Part shown: positions 61,401 through 64,000 of the stretch, piece after piece | How the letters are laid out: the number at the start of each line of letters is the position of its first letter | How positions within the stretch are numbered: position 1 is the first letter of the stretch | Notes under the pieces: generated by a model | Told to the model about the DNA's origin: nothing | The model's input: only the letters and a program-made list of their open reading frames with translations | The model's database searches: none | DNA from: Paraspadella gotoi | Taxonomy: Eukaryota > Animalia > Chaetognatha | NCBI GenBank assembly: GCA_051294375.1 | Contig: CM119270.1 | Location: 13,867,316 to 13,931,315, forward strand | DNA: 64,000 bases | Direction: 5' to 3' | Program-made: the position numbers and the translations under genes

Positions 61401-63812
61401 AAACACTCGAGTCACCTTCGATCATGCCGTCGGTGAATCGATCGATCGTCTCCGTAGCGATGGGCTCCTCTTTCGCAGCGGCAGCCGCTGCCGCTGCCGC
61501 CGCTGCGGCCTTAGACTTACGATCCGCTTCCTCCTGCTCCTCCTCCGTCTTCTTTTTCTTTTCCGCGTCGGCCTGCTCATCGGGCGAGAGAAGACTCTCG
61601 CCAAGCGACATGGCGATGGCGCGGACCATTGCCTCCTCTTCGCCCATCTCCACGTCTGCCGTCTAAAATTGGCAACAGGAAATTAAAAATAGGGAACAAA
61701 CGGGAAACGCGACGAGACTTGTCGTGTTGACGAACCCTCGTTGTCGGAGGAGGCGGATGACTGAGTATCCACTCAGTGGCTTGCTCAAGGGTATTTGTAT
61801 GTAGCAGCGCCTCCTGGGCGTGGTCACGTCCGAACCCCATGTCCATCAACTGCTGCAGGAACGCGGGATTAACTGGAATTTCGAGCGAGGATGCATCGGC
61901 CGCGACGCCGGAAGCGCTAGCGTCGGGCACAGCATTGGCGTTAGTCGGTGCCGAAGACGAGGCGCTCCCCGGAGCGTCTGATGATGTCGTCGTCGCCGCC
62001 GTCGTCGTCGTCGTCGTCGTCGAGCCGCGCTTTTTCAGTTTCTCCTAAAAAACAGGAGAAAATCAACGAAATTCTCTCCCCTCTCTCTCTCTCTCTCTCT
62101 CTCTTACCTTTATGGTGGGTTCACCCTTCAAAATGTGGCACATAATGGAAAGAATGGACTCTGACATCCTTGGTCCATAGACCGGAAGAGGCTTCTTGTT
62201 CCACAACATCATGACAGCGTTGAAGGCGGATTTGTGGGTGGCGACGAGATAGAGCACCGGGTCGAAGGCGGGCGGGGGCGAACTAGACGAGCCTGGTAAA
62301 GAAGACGAGGGAGGGAGTTGATGATAATGACGGACTTCTGGTCTATCATCGACTAAGTTTATAAACTTACCCGTCTGCTTGGTTGGCAGAACGTGGGGAG
62401 TCTCCAACATATTCTTGACGTTGACCATCTTCTCGAGGAGCATGAGCCACGAGTCGAGAAATTCCCCGGCGCCGTCGGGGAGGTCGGGACTCTCGAGTCC
62501 TTCCTCTGGAGGGACTTGACCCCCGCAGGACAAAGCCCAGTAAAAGATCCTGGTCGAAAAAACAAATTTTAAGATATATTTTTCACAACCTAGTAGATTG
62601 TGACCAAGTTGTAACATAAAAATTCAAAACTCACTCGAAGAAGGCGTCCTGTCCGCCCGACTCGACAAACTTCTGCAGCATTAAGTGAAAGGGATTCTTC
62701 TTGTCGTCGAAGAGCATTGGGGAAGTGAAGCCCAACGCGCAAATGTAGAAGGTGAGTCTGGGTTCAACCGAGAAGTTATTCATATTATCTCATAGATCCC
62801 GAACCGCGAACAATAACTCATACTTACCTAAGCTTGGGCTTGAGACAATAAGGCGGCGGCGTCCACGTGAAGCCTTGACAGATGAGACGCGCGACAGAGG
62901 CGGAGACGGCGCGGGCATAGTCCGAGGGGATGTTGTTTGGATTGGGGAGCATGCCTCGACTGCGTTGGCGGATGGGAGAACCTAAAAAAAAAAATAATAA
63001 CATCATAAAAAAATCAATCAAATCAATCAATCAATCTCCTCTTCGTCTCTTTCTCATTGGAGAATATGATGTGCTGCTTCTTTGCGTTTTTCATTCACAA
63101 CAGATTTCCGAAAAAGTAGTCAATTTAGATATACAGTAATAGTTAATACTTTTAATACATTATCCGTAACGAATCTTACTTCCTTATCTCAATATTTAAC
63201 GTAATATCCACCGTATTATATTTAGATATAGTCATGGCTTCAGCCAATCAATCGAACTTAATTTTAAATATGAGGCTTCGTACTAGTAGAGATTGTAATA
63301 GTAGATATTGTTTTGATTCTTTTTTTCGTTGTTGGAAATTTAATAAAAACGTCGATTTTGTAAACAAAAATATACCTATTTTACCTTTTCTAATATGAGG
63401 CTTATAATTACAACAGTTTATGAAAATATCTGTTCAACAAATAAATACATATGTAATTTGTGAACCGAATTCAATGATTTTCGCATTCATCTCTTTGTAC
63501 GTCGGCTTCTCATGGAAAATATATGTGGTTTACAATTTGCTTCGTCTTTACTCAGCATTTTCATTGACTACAGTAGTATTTCTATTAGTTCTATCTTACC
63601 AACGCTTAATTTAACCAGAAGACCAAAGAGTTCGGCGAGCGAACGGCCAAGCCGAGACGAGACGGTGAGCAGTGGCTTAATCTGGCGGAGGTGCTGTGAA
63701 TGAACAGAGGTCGGGGTGGAGGCGACATCCTTGGAAACTGTATCCGAGTTGGAGGTCAACGATGACGACGATGGCGCCGTCGATGGTTCCGCAAAAGTGA
63801 CCGACGGAGGTC
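32467..63812 (-). CDS. HUWE1: E3 ubiquitin-protein ligase HUWE1 (Mule/ARF-BP1), multi-exon, 5' part lies beyond the window end
   Basis: Roughly 65-70 GT-AG exons with HUWE1 signatures: [48 protein letters not shown] ([15 protein letters not shown]), WWE, three UBM repeats, acidic tracts, and HECT ending [16 protein letters not shown]...ECSEGFGLA*. Confidence 0.97.
39163..40018 (-). CDS. HUWE1: HUWE1 UBM (DUF4414) ubiquitin-binding repeats
   Basis: [66 protein letters not shown]. Confidence 0.92.
45385..54575 (-). other. Large (9191 nt) HUWE1 intron hosting a nested antisense gene
   Basis: Donor AACG|gtgag at 54575 and acceptor cag|AAAACGGA at 45385, both phase 1, joining ...[15 protein letters not shown]...; most other HUWE1 introns are ~60-400 nt. 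Confidence 0.88.
47180..52942 (+). CDS. Tripartite-motif (RING, B-box1, B-box2, coiled coil) protein with TRIM56/TRIM2-3-like N-terminus and long disordered C-terminus; nested antisense in HUWE1
   Basis: Exons 47180-47358, 47638-47824 (GC donor), 47940-50232, then phase-1 exons 50936-51387 / 51724-52229 / 52617-52942. RING: [30 protein letters not shown]...FPCPMCRK, followed by [11 protein letters not shown]-box1: CEVC...[16 protein letters not shown]...H. B-box2: [32 protein letters not shown]. Confidence 0.92.
60304..60473 (-). CDS. HUWE1: HUWE1 WWE domain exon
   Basis: [53 protein letters not shown], followed by [13 protein letters not shown] in the next exon. Confidence 0.93.
61415..62044 (-). 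CDS. HUWE1: HUWE1 UBA and UIM exons
   Basis: [42 protein letters not shown]; [15 protein letters not shown]. Confidence 0.93.
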
Positions 63813-63924
63813 CTGAGATTATACATACAAAACATACGTAATTTTCATCAATTGACACTGTTCCCCAGTGCTCCACTCTAGTATTCACGTATTCTTTCTA
63901 CTTCTGTTCATTGTTTTGAAATAG

Positions 63925-63976
<52 letters not shown>

Positions 63977-64000
63977 CTCTGCCTTCCCCCCTCGGGTTTA

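Overview
Eukaryotic (invertebrate metazoan, probably protostome; taxon not determinable) genomic DNA with GT-AG introns, dense (GA)n/(TC)n microsatellites and three N gaps. Four protein-coding genes were reconstructed by manual splicing. (1) A complete 9-exon Notch ligand Delta (+, 10785-27943, ~982 aa: signal peptide, MNNL/C2, DSL, 9 EGF, TM, long intracellular tail). (2) An unannotated-looking 3-exon gene (-, ~31404-30085, ~328 aa) encoding an SH3-like N-terminus, a coiled coil and a Cys-flanked C-terminal tail anchor; the ORF track does not show it as one unit. (3) A 5'-truncated HUWE1 HECT E3 ligase (-, >63812-32467, roughly 65-70 exons). (4) A RING/B-box/B-box/coiled-coil (TRIM) gene (+, 47180-52942) nested antisense in a 9.2-kb HUWE1 intron. 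In place of a known C-terminal domain it carries about 12 LC8/DYNLL-type 'xQT' motifs, and it has three in-phase candidate alternative last exons and a GC-AG intron. The first ~5.3 kb looks error-rich and contains a 45-bp minisatellite and a short duplication. All calls rest on visual reading, not on database searches.
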